Under the pieces are notes generated by a model. The model was given only the letters and a program-made list of their open reading frames with translations, was not told the origin of the DNA and did no database searches. From assembly GCA_963830915.1 (NCBI GenBank), contig CAWHOE010000064.1, positions 1 to 64,000 on the forward strand: a stretch of 64,000 nt of DNA. The letters are read 5' to 3'. This DNA comes from a candidate division FCPU426 bacterium. GTDB taxonomy: Bacteria > Oederibacteriota > Muellerivitia > Muellerivitales > Muellerivitaceae. Below, piece after piece: positions 10,816 to 20,573 of the stretch; the first letter of the stretch is position 1; each line of letters begins with the position of its first letter. A program made the position numbers and the translations under genes.

Positions 10816-13800
10816 CTACTTCAGGATCAACACTTTGGATAAAGCGGTCGATGATTGGCCCAGGGATTTGACCGTGACCGACACGATGTAAAGTCCGCTG
10901 GCCAGGTTCCCTCCCGAGAAGTCCTTCTCATTCCAATAGATGTCGTGGTTGCCCGATGACCCAAAGGAAGAACCAGTCAAGGTCGTGGACCAGATCAATC
11001 GCCCCGCGATGGTGTAAACCTTTACGGTAACTAACGCCGAGGGGTCCACCACTACGGAGGAACCGTTGAAGGCCTTGGCGTGCACGGTGCTGCTGGTTGA
11101 ACTTGTCCCATTACCCATCAAATTGACCGCCAGATTGACACCCGTACCCGTGGAGGGGTTCGGGTAAGCCAACACGCTGGCCGCCTTCAAGGCGGCGGAG
11201 GCTGCCGCAGGCTCCTGACCCCAAACCAGCGATCCATTCAAATAACCCGTGATCTTGGTCCATTGCGTGAAGCTGGTGTAAGGGGCGAAACTCCAGTCGT
11301 TATCCTGCAGCATGTTGCTCCAATCGCTCTTGTTGAACCGGCTCTGGACCTGGATCATTTGGCCCGGCTGAAGAACCAGATTCCCCGTGAACTTGTAACT
11401 CACATAGTTCGTCTGGCCTCCTAGAGTGGTGGGTTGAACCGTGATCTGCACATCAGTAGTAGCTGTGGTCCCAGCAGGCAATAACCCTGCCCAATCCACC
11501 CAGGCTTGTTCCGTTTGGTTGGTGCAATCGCAGTTGTACCAATAGCGGGCTTCCACGTTATTCAGGTTCAATGGCCCGGTACCCGTATTCACCACTTCGA
11601 TCTGGGGATGTGGGCTGTTGGTGGAATCGGTCGTCACGCCAGCCAGGAAATACAGGGCCAAGGAACCAGCGCCTGAAGACGTCGGCGTGAAAGTCGCCGT
11701 ATTCGACGGCACAGGTGTATCCGTCGCCGTTGGCGGAACCGGTATATGGGTAAAGGTAGAGGTTGGCGACGCAGTCCAGGTGAATGTCTTGGTGGCCGTA
11801 AAGGTCGATGTCGCCGTGAAAGTGGGTGGTACAGCCGTATTCGTCCTGGTCACGGTCGCCGTATTGGTGTTCTCCGGCGTAGAGGTGAAAGTCGGTGGTA
11901 CCGGAGTATTCGTCACCGTTGGAGGCAGCACTGTATTGGTAGCCGTAGGCGGAACAGGCGTGTTGGTGAGGGTCGGCGGCAAAGACGTATCAGTAGCCGT
12001 TGGTATGAATGTATTTGTTCGAGTGACAGTAAAGGTAAAAGTGGCTGTAGGCGGTGCCGGAGTGTTAGTTACAGTCGGAGGCAGAGCCGTATTGGTGGCC
12101 GTAGGCGGAACGGGCGAATTGGTAGGTGTAGCAGTCCACGTATTCGTTTCCGTGTTTGTGGCGGTACGAGTCGAGGTAAAGGAATTGGTCCAGGTAGTTG
12201 TGGGACTATTGGTATGGGTAAGGGTGAATGTATTGGTGGGTGTTGGCGGGACCGGTGTATTGGTCTTGGTGGACGTAAAAGTAAAGGTCGTCGTCCCAGT
12301 CAATGTAAATGTTTTGGTTGGGGTCTGAGAGGCTGTCGGACTTGGCGGGATCGGCGTATTGGTGCGGGTGGGGGTGGGATTGGAGCCGTTACCCGGAGGA
12401 ATGACAAGAAGGAGCATTTCATTGGGCTGAAGGTTCACGGTGAAGCTGGAACCGGTGGCTTGGTTCGTTCCCGCGATGGAGGCGATATTGGCGGGCGCCG
12501 GATTTACGGTCCCATTGATCTGAAGTCCAGGCGCTTCCTGGGGAGCTCCCGTAGATGAAGTTCCAGAAGGAAGCATCACCCAGGCTTGCCCTGAAACGGC
12601 TGGCGTGAACCCTGATATGGAAACCGTGGCGGGCATGCTGGTCGTGGGATTGTTATTGACCATGAAAAGGGTCAAGTTACCGGAGGCGTCCTTTGCCGCG
12701 TATGAACGGACGGTGGCGGCCGAGCTGTTACACGAAACCATGCTCGTGCCGAATTTGCCCGACAGCATGGGGTAGACGTAATAATTCGGGAAGGGAACGT
12801 CGGTGCTGGTGTTAATGAATCCAAAATCAGGGGAACCGCCGTTCTTGGTGGCCCAAAGGTTGCAGCCGATCCATCCGTTCTTGGCCGACTCCATCATCCA
12901 TTGGGAGCAGAACATGGCGTTGATGTACTCGTTCATCAGGATACTGAGGCCGTTATTGATGTTGAATTCATCGTTGTAATATTTGATCTGTCCGACGTAA
13001 GAACTGCCCATATAAGTGGAAACGATGGAATCCAAACTGCTTTTCGAACTGCCCGGCAAGGTGAGATTTGCCAAAGAACTGGCGTCGACGGAAGACCCTG
13101 TGCCGGAAGGGCCCGGGTACTGGTGGATGATGAGATAATCGGGTACGATCCCGCCGTTCTTACATTGGGTCAACACATCCGGCGTCCAGTTACTGTAATC
13201 CCCCGCTCCTGGGGAGGCCACCGCCCCGACTTTGATGGTGGGGTCGACGGCTTTCATCGCCTTGTAATAATCGACGAAATATTGGCCATAGGTCGTGCCA
13301 TTGGTGTTTCCCTGTTCCCAACTGCCATAATCCTCGTTGCCGACGTCAAAATAGGTTGCCCGGGCCGAACCAGCGTTGGTCATGTTCCAGGTCACCCATG
13401 CCGCCGCCAGGCTGACCGCTTGGGCGTGGGTATATTGGGTGCCGCACCAGTTACCGCTAAAATTCACGATGGGATGCATCACACCACCGAATTTCTGGAG
13501 GAAAGAAATATATTCGGGCGTGGTGACGTCGTAACTAGCCTGGCATTGGATGTCGTTCCAATTGAGGATGTCAGCCCAGGACCCTCCCGGCCACCGGATG
13601 TTCTTGCTTCCGGAAACCTGCATGGCGGTGTTATAGGCAGAATCCGAGCCGTTATTCGTACCGACCCAGGGGGCCATATTGTTGCCGTAAATTTCGGAAG
13701 GGACCGTGCTCACCACTGTAGAAGCATTGACCGTGATGTTGGTTTGGGCGTAAAGAGCGGAAAAGTTAGAAAAAAGGAGCAACAGGGCCAGGCCTGGCAG

Positions 13801-13821
13801 GGCCTTGATGTAATTCCGCAT
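10816..13821 (-). CDS. Secreted clan GH-A glycoside hydrolase (GH44/51/79-like) + Thr/Pro linker + CBM3 + T9SS-like CTD
   Basis: IRWPGGSWAD and VGNEDYGSWE acid/base motif; CBM3 pattern NTGTGPLNL..RYWY..VDWA..RFNKSDWSNMLQDNDWSF; CTD AYPNPS..KVYTIAGRLI..LASGLYIV..KVLILK. Confidence 0.8.
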   Translation of the reverse strand: MRNYIKALPGLALLLLFSNFSALYAQTNITVNASTVVSTVPSEIYGNNMAPWVGTNNGSDSAYNTAMQVSGSKNIRWPGGSWADILNWNDIQCQASYDVTTPEYISFLQKFGGVMHPIVNFSGNWCGTQYTHAQAVSLAAAWVTWNMTNAGSARATYFDVGNEDYGSWEQGNTNGTTYGQYFVDYYKAMKAVDPTIKVGAVASPGAGDYSNWTPDVLTQCKNGGIVPDYLIIHQYPGPSGTGSSVDASSLANLTLPGSSKSSLDSIVSTYMGSSYVGQIKYYNDEFNINNGLSILMNEYINAMFCSQWMMESAKNGWIGCNLWATKNGGSPDFGFINTSTDVPFPNYYVYPMLSGKFGTSMVSCNSSAATVRSYAAKDASGNLTLFMVNNNPTTSMPATVSISGFTPAVSGQAWVMLPSGTSSTGAPQEAPGLQINGTVNPAPANIASIAGTNQATGSSFTVNLQPNEMLLLVIPPGNGSNPTPTRTNTPIPPSPTASQTPTKTFTLTGTTTFTFTSTKTNTPVPPTPTNTFTLTHTNSPTTTWTNSFTSTRTATNTETNTWTATPTNSPVPPTATNTALPPTVTNTPAPPTATFTFTVTRTNTFIPTATDTSLPPTLTNTPVPPTATNTVLPPTVTNTPVPPTFTSTPENTNTATVTRTNTAVPPTFTATSTFTATKTFTWTASPTSTFTHIPVPPTATDTPVPSNTATFTPTSSGAGSLALYFLAGVTTDSTNSPHPQIEVVNTGTGPLNLNNVEARYWYNCDCTNQTEQAWVDWAGLLPAGTTATTDVQITVQPTTLGGQTNYVSYKFTGNLVLQPGQMIQVQSRFNKSDWSNMLQDNDWSFAPYTSFTQWTKITGYLNGSLVWGQEPAAASAALKAASVLAYPNPSTGTGVNLAVNLMGNGTSSTSSTVHAKAFNGSSVVVDPSALVTVKVYTIAGRLIWSTTLTGSSFGSSGNHDIYWNEKDFSGGNLASGLYIVSVTVKSLGQSSTALSKVLILK

Positions 13822-13854
13822 TTTTTCTCCTCTTAATGCTGATTTTCAAACAAC

Positions 13855-13882
13855 AAAACCGCCGGGATTCACTCCGGCGGTT
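13855..13882 (-). terminator. Rho-independent terminator
   Basis: AACCGCCGGGA/TCCGGCGGTT imperfect stem followed on the minus strand by TTTTGTTGTTT. Confidence 0.65.
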
Positions 13883-13895
13883 CTTGAATCTCTTT

Positions 13896-16800
13896 CTACT
13901 TCAGGATCAACACTTTGGATAAAGCGGTCGATGATTGGCCCAGGGATTTGACCGTGACCGACACGATGTAAAGTCCGCTGGCCAGGTTCCCTCCCGAGAA
14001 GTCCTTCTCGTTCCAATAGACATCATGGTTTCCCGAAGACCCGAAGGATGCCCCGGTAAGCGTCGTTGACCATATCAATCGTCCCGCGATGGTGTAGACC
14101 TTCAGGGTAACTATGGCCGAGGGGTCCACCACTGTGGAGGAACCGTTGAAAGATTTGGCGTGCACGGCGCTTCCGGTTGAACTTGTCCCATTACCCGTCA
14201 AATTGACCGCCAGATTAACCCCCGTACCCGTGGAGGGGTTCGGGTAAGCCAACACGCTGGCCGCTTTCAAGGAGGCGGTAGCCGCCACTGGTTCCTGGCC
14301 CCAAACTAGCGAGCCGTTCAAATAACCCGTGATCTTGGTCCATTGCGTGAAGCTGGTGTAGGCCGCGAAGCTCCAGTCGTTATCCTGGAACATGTTGCTC
14401 CAGTCGCTCTTGTTGAACCGGCTCTGGATCTGGATCGACTGTCCCGGCTGCAAGATCAGATTTCCCGTGAACTTGTAACTCACATAGTTCGTCTGGCCAC
14501 CCAAAGTGGTCGGTTGAACCGTGACCTGCACATCAGTAGTAGCTGTGGTCCCAGCAGGCAATAACCCTGCCCAATCCACCCAGGCTTGTTCCGTTTGGTT
14601 GGTGCAATCGCAGTTGTACCAATAGCGGGCTTCCACGTTATTCAGGTTCAATGGCCCCGTACCCGTATTCACCACTTCGATCTGAGGATGGGGACTATTG
14701 GTGGAGTCCGTGGTCACACCCGCCAGGAAATACAGGGCCAAGGAGCCAGTTCCCGAAGACGTCGGCGTAAAGGTCGGCGTATTCGTCGGCACTGGGGTGA
14801 AGGTATCCGTTGGCGGCACAGGCGTATGGGTAAAGCTAGAAGTCGGCGAGTCAGTCCAGGTGAATGTCTTGGTGGCCGTAAAGGTCGATGTCGCCGTGAA
14901 AGTGGGTGGTACAGCCGTATTCGTCCTGGTCACGGTCGCCGTATTGGTGTTCTCCGGCGTAGAGGTGAAAGTCGGTGGTTCCGGAGTATTCGTTACCGTC
15001 GGAGGCAGAGCCGTGTTGGTCGCCGTGGGCGGAACCGGACTGCTCGTGCTGGTCGAAGTAAACGGCACCGCCGTATTGGTTAGGGTAGTCGTCGCCGTAT
15101 TCGTTACCGTCGGGGTGGCGGTCAATGTTGGCGGCACAGGACTATTCGTGCTAGTCGCGGACGGAGGTACCACCGTGTTGGTCCTCGTCAGGGTAGCCGT
15201 GCTGGTCGACGAAACAGTCGGCGTATTCGTTGAGGTAGGCGGCACCGCTGTATTGGTCCGCGTCAGGGTTGACGTACTGGTCGACGTTGACGTGGAAGTG
15301 AAGGTAAATGTCGATGTCGAAGTTCGGGTGGACGTCGAAGTAGGCGTCCCCGTAGACGTGGAGCTGTTTGTGTGGGTCGGCGTAAAGGTGAAGGTCGCAG
15401 TCGGAGGAACCGGGGTGATGGTCTTGGTTGGTGTGGGCGACCCAGAGGCGTTATAACCACTTAACTCCAAACGCACGTAATCATATTCAAAGCCTTGGCC
15501 AAGGCTCGCGCCGCCGGTCGGACGCAGGGTGATGTCGATCTCGTTCATGCCTGCCTTCAGGCTAGTGCCTGGGAAGTTCAGGTAAGCGTCGCCCCAGGCC
15601 CCATTCGACCCCAGACGTAAGGGAGTGTCGAAACTATGGTTCGGCGGGGTGAATCCATTGGTTGAATTGGCGATAGCGGCGTAGTTGCCGTCCGTAGAAC
15701 CCATGACCGAAGCGGTTTGGACGACCCCATTGACCGTGAGGATGCAAGCCCCGCTGTTGACGGCCGCGAAGGCGATGTAAAGCCGCGCGGTTTGGGAAGC
15801 GGTAGGCGCTGAAGCCAGATTGAAATAGATCTTGGACCCTGAGCCGACATAACTCCCTGAAGAATTGAGCACCGTAGGCTGCACATAATTCCAGTCGGTG
15901 GCATAGTTACTGCTTCCCACCACGAAGCTGACCCCGTTGGGGTATTGGCTCGGGTAGTCCATGAACGCGCCCCAATCTGTTGGTACGTCATATGGCGCGC
16001 CTCCCGCGTACCCCGGCAGAACACCGCTATAGGGCGTCAATAAATGTTCCCCGTTGTTGAATTTGTTCGAGTTCCTGTTCGGATAGCCGATCTCCCACAC
16101 CGTGGGTCCTTCACGGGGGGGGGCCCAGGTCACAGTACCCAAATTCAATGCGCCAGAAGCTACGGTGATGTTGGTCTTCTCGAAGGTGCCGGCCGCTCCC
16201 GGGCCGAAAGCCCAAAGGTTATAGGTACCGGGTAATACGTTGGGGATCGTGAAAGCTCCGTTCGCTCCTGTCGTGACCCAGAACTGGCAAGTCAAATACT
16301 GCTGCTGGAAGTCTATCCCGTTATCAACCGGCGCCAACCCGATCCACATGCTCGCTGGCGAAGCGCTGGGGTTGTAAATGTCGTTGATGGCGAATGTGCC
16401 GCTCACCGTGCCCCGGGCAGAGGCCTGGGGATAGGCCGACCCGGTCATGCCAGCCACCGGCTGGGGATTGAACCAGGTATAAGGCCAAGCCGCTTGTTCC
16501 GCCGCCGCTTGGGCTTGAGCGTCCGCCCAGAGCGTTTGAGCCTTCAGGGAAACGGGATCGCTGGAAGAACCTGCGTACTTGTTGGCATAAACGAACGCCG
16601 GGCCAAAAGTCTTGGAGGAGAAAGTTCCGGCAGGCTGGTCTCCGCTGGAGCCAAAACCGTAGTGTCCACCCGCCGAACATATTCAATAGTGTATTGCCGA
16701 TATGTTCAGTGAGTTCCCTGTGCATTGGCCCGCCATCGTAATACTCATGGCTGGGCAGGGTCTGCCAGATACCGTAGGGCTCGGTCGTGGAAGCCCAGCC

Positions 16801-17529
16801 CCAGACGTTTTCCTGGCCCAAGGGGGCGCTATACGCGTATTTGCATTCCGTTAAACCGTTGTAGATACCGCTAGTCCACTGCATCACTTCCTTGGGCGCT
16901 CCTGCCACGGCCACAGTGGTGTCGCTCGGTGACGCCATCTCTCGGAAACGGTAGGGATCCACGCACAGCCAATTGAACATGGAGCCTACATAAACGTTCG
17001 AGCGGAGTTCGGCACCGGCGTAATCGGGATAGCTGGCCTGGTGGGTAAGGATGAGGGTGTCATAAAAACCCTGCTGGCCGCGGAGCAAGTCAAAATAAGC
17101 CGCCGCGTCCATCGGGCTGGCGGTTTGTTGAAGCCATACTTCCGCCTGGTTGCCGCCGTTGTCAGCGGGGTTTACCGTCAAGGTATAGGTAGGGTTGTTG
17201 AAGGTCGGTCCGCCGGAGCCATCAAAATAAAAGTGACCTCCGCCGCTGCCCCCGGATAGGAGGTTCGTGCCGTTATAGGTGAAGTTCGTGATATTGGCGT
17301 TGGTGGTGTCGATAGTGAAGGAGACGATGCCGTTGGAAAGCACAACGTTCGAGCCGTTCTGTGTTACGGTCACATTTGCGCCGGTACCGGTACCGCCGCC
17401 AGCGACATTGGCGAATGAGAGATCAGGTGGTAAAGAAAGAATGGAGATCGCGAAGAATACAGCGAGTAAAGACCTATTCAAAGAACGAAACATTGAACCG
17501 TTTTCCGAAGATAAAGAAAGAAATTTCAT
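13896..17529 (-). CDS. Secreted PL4 rhamnogalacturonan lyase + Thr/Pro linker + CBM3 + T9SS-like CTD (frameshift at ~16670)
   Basis: ORFs 16324..17529 and 13896..16457 are the two halves of a paralogue of 7277..10585. Removing one G in ttcggcgggtggacactac restores FGGGHY (FGGAHY in the paralogue). Confidence 0.85.
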
Positions 17530-17784
17530 TTCTCACCGCCACCCGTGATTTTTTTAACCCGCTCGTCAAAGCAGGGCTGTACACAACTTGGATTCAACGG
17601 GGGCCGGATTTATTCCATGAACCATTATTTTTTATTAGGGGAAGGTTTATCGTTGAAAGAAAGAAAATAATCGGAATGTGACAATAACAGGGCGGTAATA
17701 ATTTTTATTTTACGTTTTGAAAATCTGTCGGATAACAGTTAAACGCAATCCTTTTAAGTCAATCCGAGACTAGAAAATCCAGAC

Positions 17785-19116
17785 TTATTTTTGAACCGCA
17801 AGAACCTGAGTTCGGTAGCGATCTTCCCTGCCCGAGTCGTATTTCAGGTCGATCTGGTAAAAGTAATGGCCGGGGGCAAAGGTTTGAATATTAAGGACGC
17901 TTTGTTGGAAGCCGGAAGTTCTGACATCTTCAAGGCTTGCTGCCAGTACCCCGGAAGCGTTCCAAACCCGTATGTCCGCTTTCCCGTTCTCCACCATGTT
18001 ATAGACGAAATTTACCGTGGGTCCGCTGGAGGGATTGGAATAAACATAGGGTTTATTGCCTGGAGCGGGCGGCGTTGGGGTGGGACTGCAATCGGCCATT
18101 GTAGTGACCGCGTTGGAAGTAACTGAAGCGGAAGGCGCCCCCACGTTCAACTGGGCCGAGTTGGTGAACGTCCCTCCACAATGTTCGGTCGTGGCGACCA
18201 ATTGGACCGTCGCGGCCGAACCCGCTATCACATTGCCCAGGTTCCAGGTCGCCAATTGTCCGCTGAGAACAGGGCTTCCGGTCGAGGAGTAATAGGTCAA
18301 ACCGGTCGGTAATGTGTCCGTCAGGTTCACGCCATCCGCGTCCGGCGACTGAACGATCTGCACATTATCAAAGACCACCGAGGAACCGCCCTGGACTTGG
18401 ATGCCTGGCAATCCTGGTCCCAGGAAAATAGTCGTACTGGCCGCGGCTACCTGGGTCCCATTCACAAAACCGGTCAATGATACAGGGCCCACTCCTGATA
18501 CCGCTAATCGGACCGTATACCATTGCCCCGCGTTGATGGTCACGCTGGCTGTCGTGAGAATTTGATAGGGGGAATTATCCTGGGCCACCAGGACAACATT
18601 ACCAGTCGTCCCCTGGTAGACGGTCATTTGATATTGATTGTCCAGCGCGTCAATGCGCCACATCAACGCGGCCCCATTCCCCGCGTTCGGGAAATAAATA
18701 TCCGCCTGGATCGAACCATCGGTAACCGGCCCAGCGCCCGTGTAGTCCATACGGCCGCAATAAGGGCTGCAGCCATAATTGAAGGTCGCTGAAACAGCCT
18801 GGCTCCCTATCGTGGTTGGACCATTGTTCCCCGTGATGACGGTTTCGGTAGTGGTCGTACCCGTGCTACCCCCGTAGGTCACCCATCCAACGGGCTGAGC
18901 CCCCACCGTGTCCGCCTCAAAGGTATCCATCGTGGTCACCGGGACTGCCGTGTTTCCGTAGACCAAGTTATAGATCACTGATTGCCCGCCCATCACTTCC
19001 GTGATGGGAGTGGTCAGATTCAAATATACCGATTGGGCACCAGCTTGATTCGGGCGCAACCAAGGGCAAAAAAAGGCGCCAAGTAAGAGAACGATTAAGT
19101 GTCTTTTCCAAATCAT
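17785..19116 (-). CDS. Secreted protein: DUF11-like Ig domain, ConA/lectin-like beta-sandwich, T9SS-like CTD
   Basis: Signal peptide; VNLTDTLPTGLTY..TWNLGNV..FTNSAQL (DUF11-like); GQWYTVRLAVSG..GFVNGTQV..VVFDNVQI (ConA-like); CTD VYSNPS..IRVWNASG..APGHYFY..LAVQK. Confidence 0.65.
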   Translation of the reverse strand: MIWKRHLIVLLLGAFFCPWLRPNQAGAQSVYLNLTTPITEVMGGQSVIYNLVYGNTAVPVTTMDTFEADTVGAQPVGWVTYGGSTGTTTTETVITGNNGPTTIGSQAVSATFNYGCSPYCGRMDYTGAGPVTDGSIQADIYFPNAGNGAALMWRIDALDNQYQMTVYQGTTGNVVLVAQDNSPYQILTTASVTINAGQWYTVRLAVSGVGPVSLTGFVNGTQVAAASTTIFLGPGLPGIQVQGGSSVVFDNVQIVQSPDADGVNLTDTLPTGLTYYSSTGSPVLSGQLATWNLGNVIAGSAATVQLVATTEHCGGTFTNSAQLNVGAPSASVTSNAVTTMADCSPTPTPPAPGNKPYVYSNPSSGPTVNFVYNMVENGKADIRVWNASGVLAASLEDVRTSGFQQSVLNIQTFAPGHYFYQIDLKYDSGREDRYRTQVLAVQK

Positions 19117-19135
19117 GACTCTTATTCCCTTTCCC

Positions 19136-20527
19136 TCACTTGGTTTCCGCCGAGTTTTTGTATTGGCTCAGCCAGTCCTTGAGTGCCTGGTTTTCCGGTT
19201 TCAACTGGAGTACCTTCTCGAAACACTGGATGGCGTAATCTTTCTTCCCCAGATGATAATAAACGTTGGCCAGGGCCTGCCAAAAGAGGTCATCAGCAGG
19301 CTTTTCCTTGATAGCTTCGACGTAAAGTTCGATCGCCTCTTTCCATTTTCCCTCTTTTTCCAAATCCTGACCCTGGGCCAGAGGATCCGTGGATATCTTG
19401 AAATGGACTTCCACATCCTTGGTGTCGGGAGGCTGGGGAACGGTTTGAATCACGGTAACGGGCACCTGGACCGGCACATTCACTTGCACTACTTCTTTCT
19501 CGATCTGTTTGGGCAGGTCGAACTGGTAGGACAGGCTGATACGGTGAGATTCGCCCAAAGTTCCGAACGGCAGATAGGCGTAATCCAGGGACAGGGATGA
19601 TAACTTGATGCCAGCGCCAGCGGTCAAACCGGTCAGTCCGGCGATCTGGTTATCATAAAAAGGCAACTGGTATCCCACCCGCAAGGTCCATTGTCGGTTC
19701 AGGGTTCCCTCCAATCCAGCTTGGGCGGAGCCGACCCCTCCCGGCGTCCAGTCCCCGGCCAGGGCAGTCAAAAGGGTGCATTGGGGGGTCGCGTTGAAAA
19801 GACAAGAGGCTCCGCACTTCAAGTCCCCGGATAGTTGGCTTCCCGCGACAGGCGTGCCGAGGTTGAGATAAGAAAGTCCAAAGCGAAGGTTTTTTTGTGG
19901 TAACCAAAGGATGCCGATATCCCCGGCCAGACTGGTATAGAGATCATTGACGACTTTCTGTTGGAGACCCCGCAAGGCCCACCCAGCCGAAAAACCCGAG
20001 AGACATTCCACTCCCCACCCGGCGGTGAACCCCACGTCACTATCGGTGTAATTTCCTTGGGAAGCGCCATAGGCGTCCCGGAGGTCCAAGGTGCCCCAGC
20101 TCACGTAATCCAGGGAGAAGGCCAGTCCTCCCATGTTACCCGTGTTAAAACCAGCCGAGAGAGTTTCCTGGAAAGTCCCGGCCAGATAACTGTTGTGATG
20201 GATCGCGATCTCTGGGTTTTTCAATCCGGAAAGACCGGCTGGATTGAAGTAGAGTGCGGAAGTATCATCGGCGACTCCCACGAAGGCCGAGCCCATGGCC
20301 AGGTCCCTAGCTGAACCCTCGAGATTTTCCAGCGGAGCGGCCAGGCTAGCGGATTGAGTGACCGTCTGAGCGGACACTCTTGAATATTGAATTGTCATCA
20401 CCATTAAAAAACAGAAACAAACACAACCAACCCGCCGACGGATCAATATCCTTAGGTTCAACCACGAAAAATATTTTTCGGAATTATGGAAAAGGGCTGA
20501 CCCCATGGATGCCTCCGGGGAAATCAT
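19136..20527 (-). CDS. PorV/PorQ-family (FadL-like) outer-membrane beta-barrel fused to C-terminal TPRs (start uncertain)
   Basis: ARDLAMGSAFVGVADDTSALYFNPAGL and LDYAYLPFGTLGESHRISLSYQF are the UPF0164/PorV signature; TPRs WKEAIELY.., LANVYYHLGKKDYAIQCFEKVLQLKPEN. Confidence 0.8.
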   Translation of the reverse strand: MISPEASMGSALFHNSEKYFSWLNLRILIRRRVGCVCFCFLMVMTIQYSRVSAQTVTQSASLAAPLENLEGSARDLAMGSAFVGVADDTSALYFNPAGLSGLKNPEIAIHHNSYLAGTFQETLSAGFNTGNMGGLAFSLDYVSWGTLDLRDAYGASQGNYTDSDVGFTAGWGVECLSGFSAGWALRGLQQKVVNDLYTSLAGDIGILWLPQKNLRFGLSYLNLGTPVAGSQLSGDLKCGASCLFNATPQCTLLTALAGDWTPGGVGSAQAGLEGTLNRQWTLRVGYQLPFYDNQIAGLTGLTAGAGIKLSSLSLDYAYLPFGTLGESHRISLSYQFDLPKQIEKEVVQVNVPVQVPVTVIQTVPQPPDTKDVEVHFKISTDPLAQGQDLEKEGKWKEAIELYVEAIKEKPADDLFWQALANVYYHLGKKDYAIQCFEKVLQLKPENQALKDWLSQYKNSAETK

Positions 20528-20573
20528 AACATTACCCGTGGCGCTATGGACTCATTCAATAAAACAGAAGGAC

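Noticed and set aside
5274..15456. Val/Gly-rich plus-strand ORFs (5274, 7545, 8313, 11618, 14698)
   Set aside because: Antisense shadows of the Thr/Pro linkers (ACN/CCN codons read as GT/GG-rich on the other strand).
13896..17529. Cellulosome components
   Set aside because: CBM3 is present, but no dockerin (duplicated Ca-binding) or cohesin sequences are seen.
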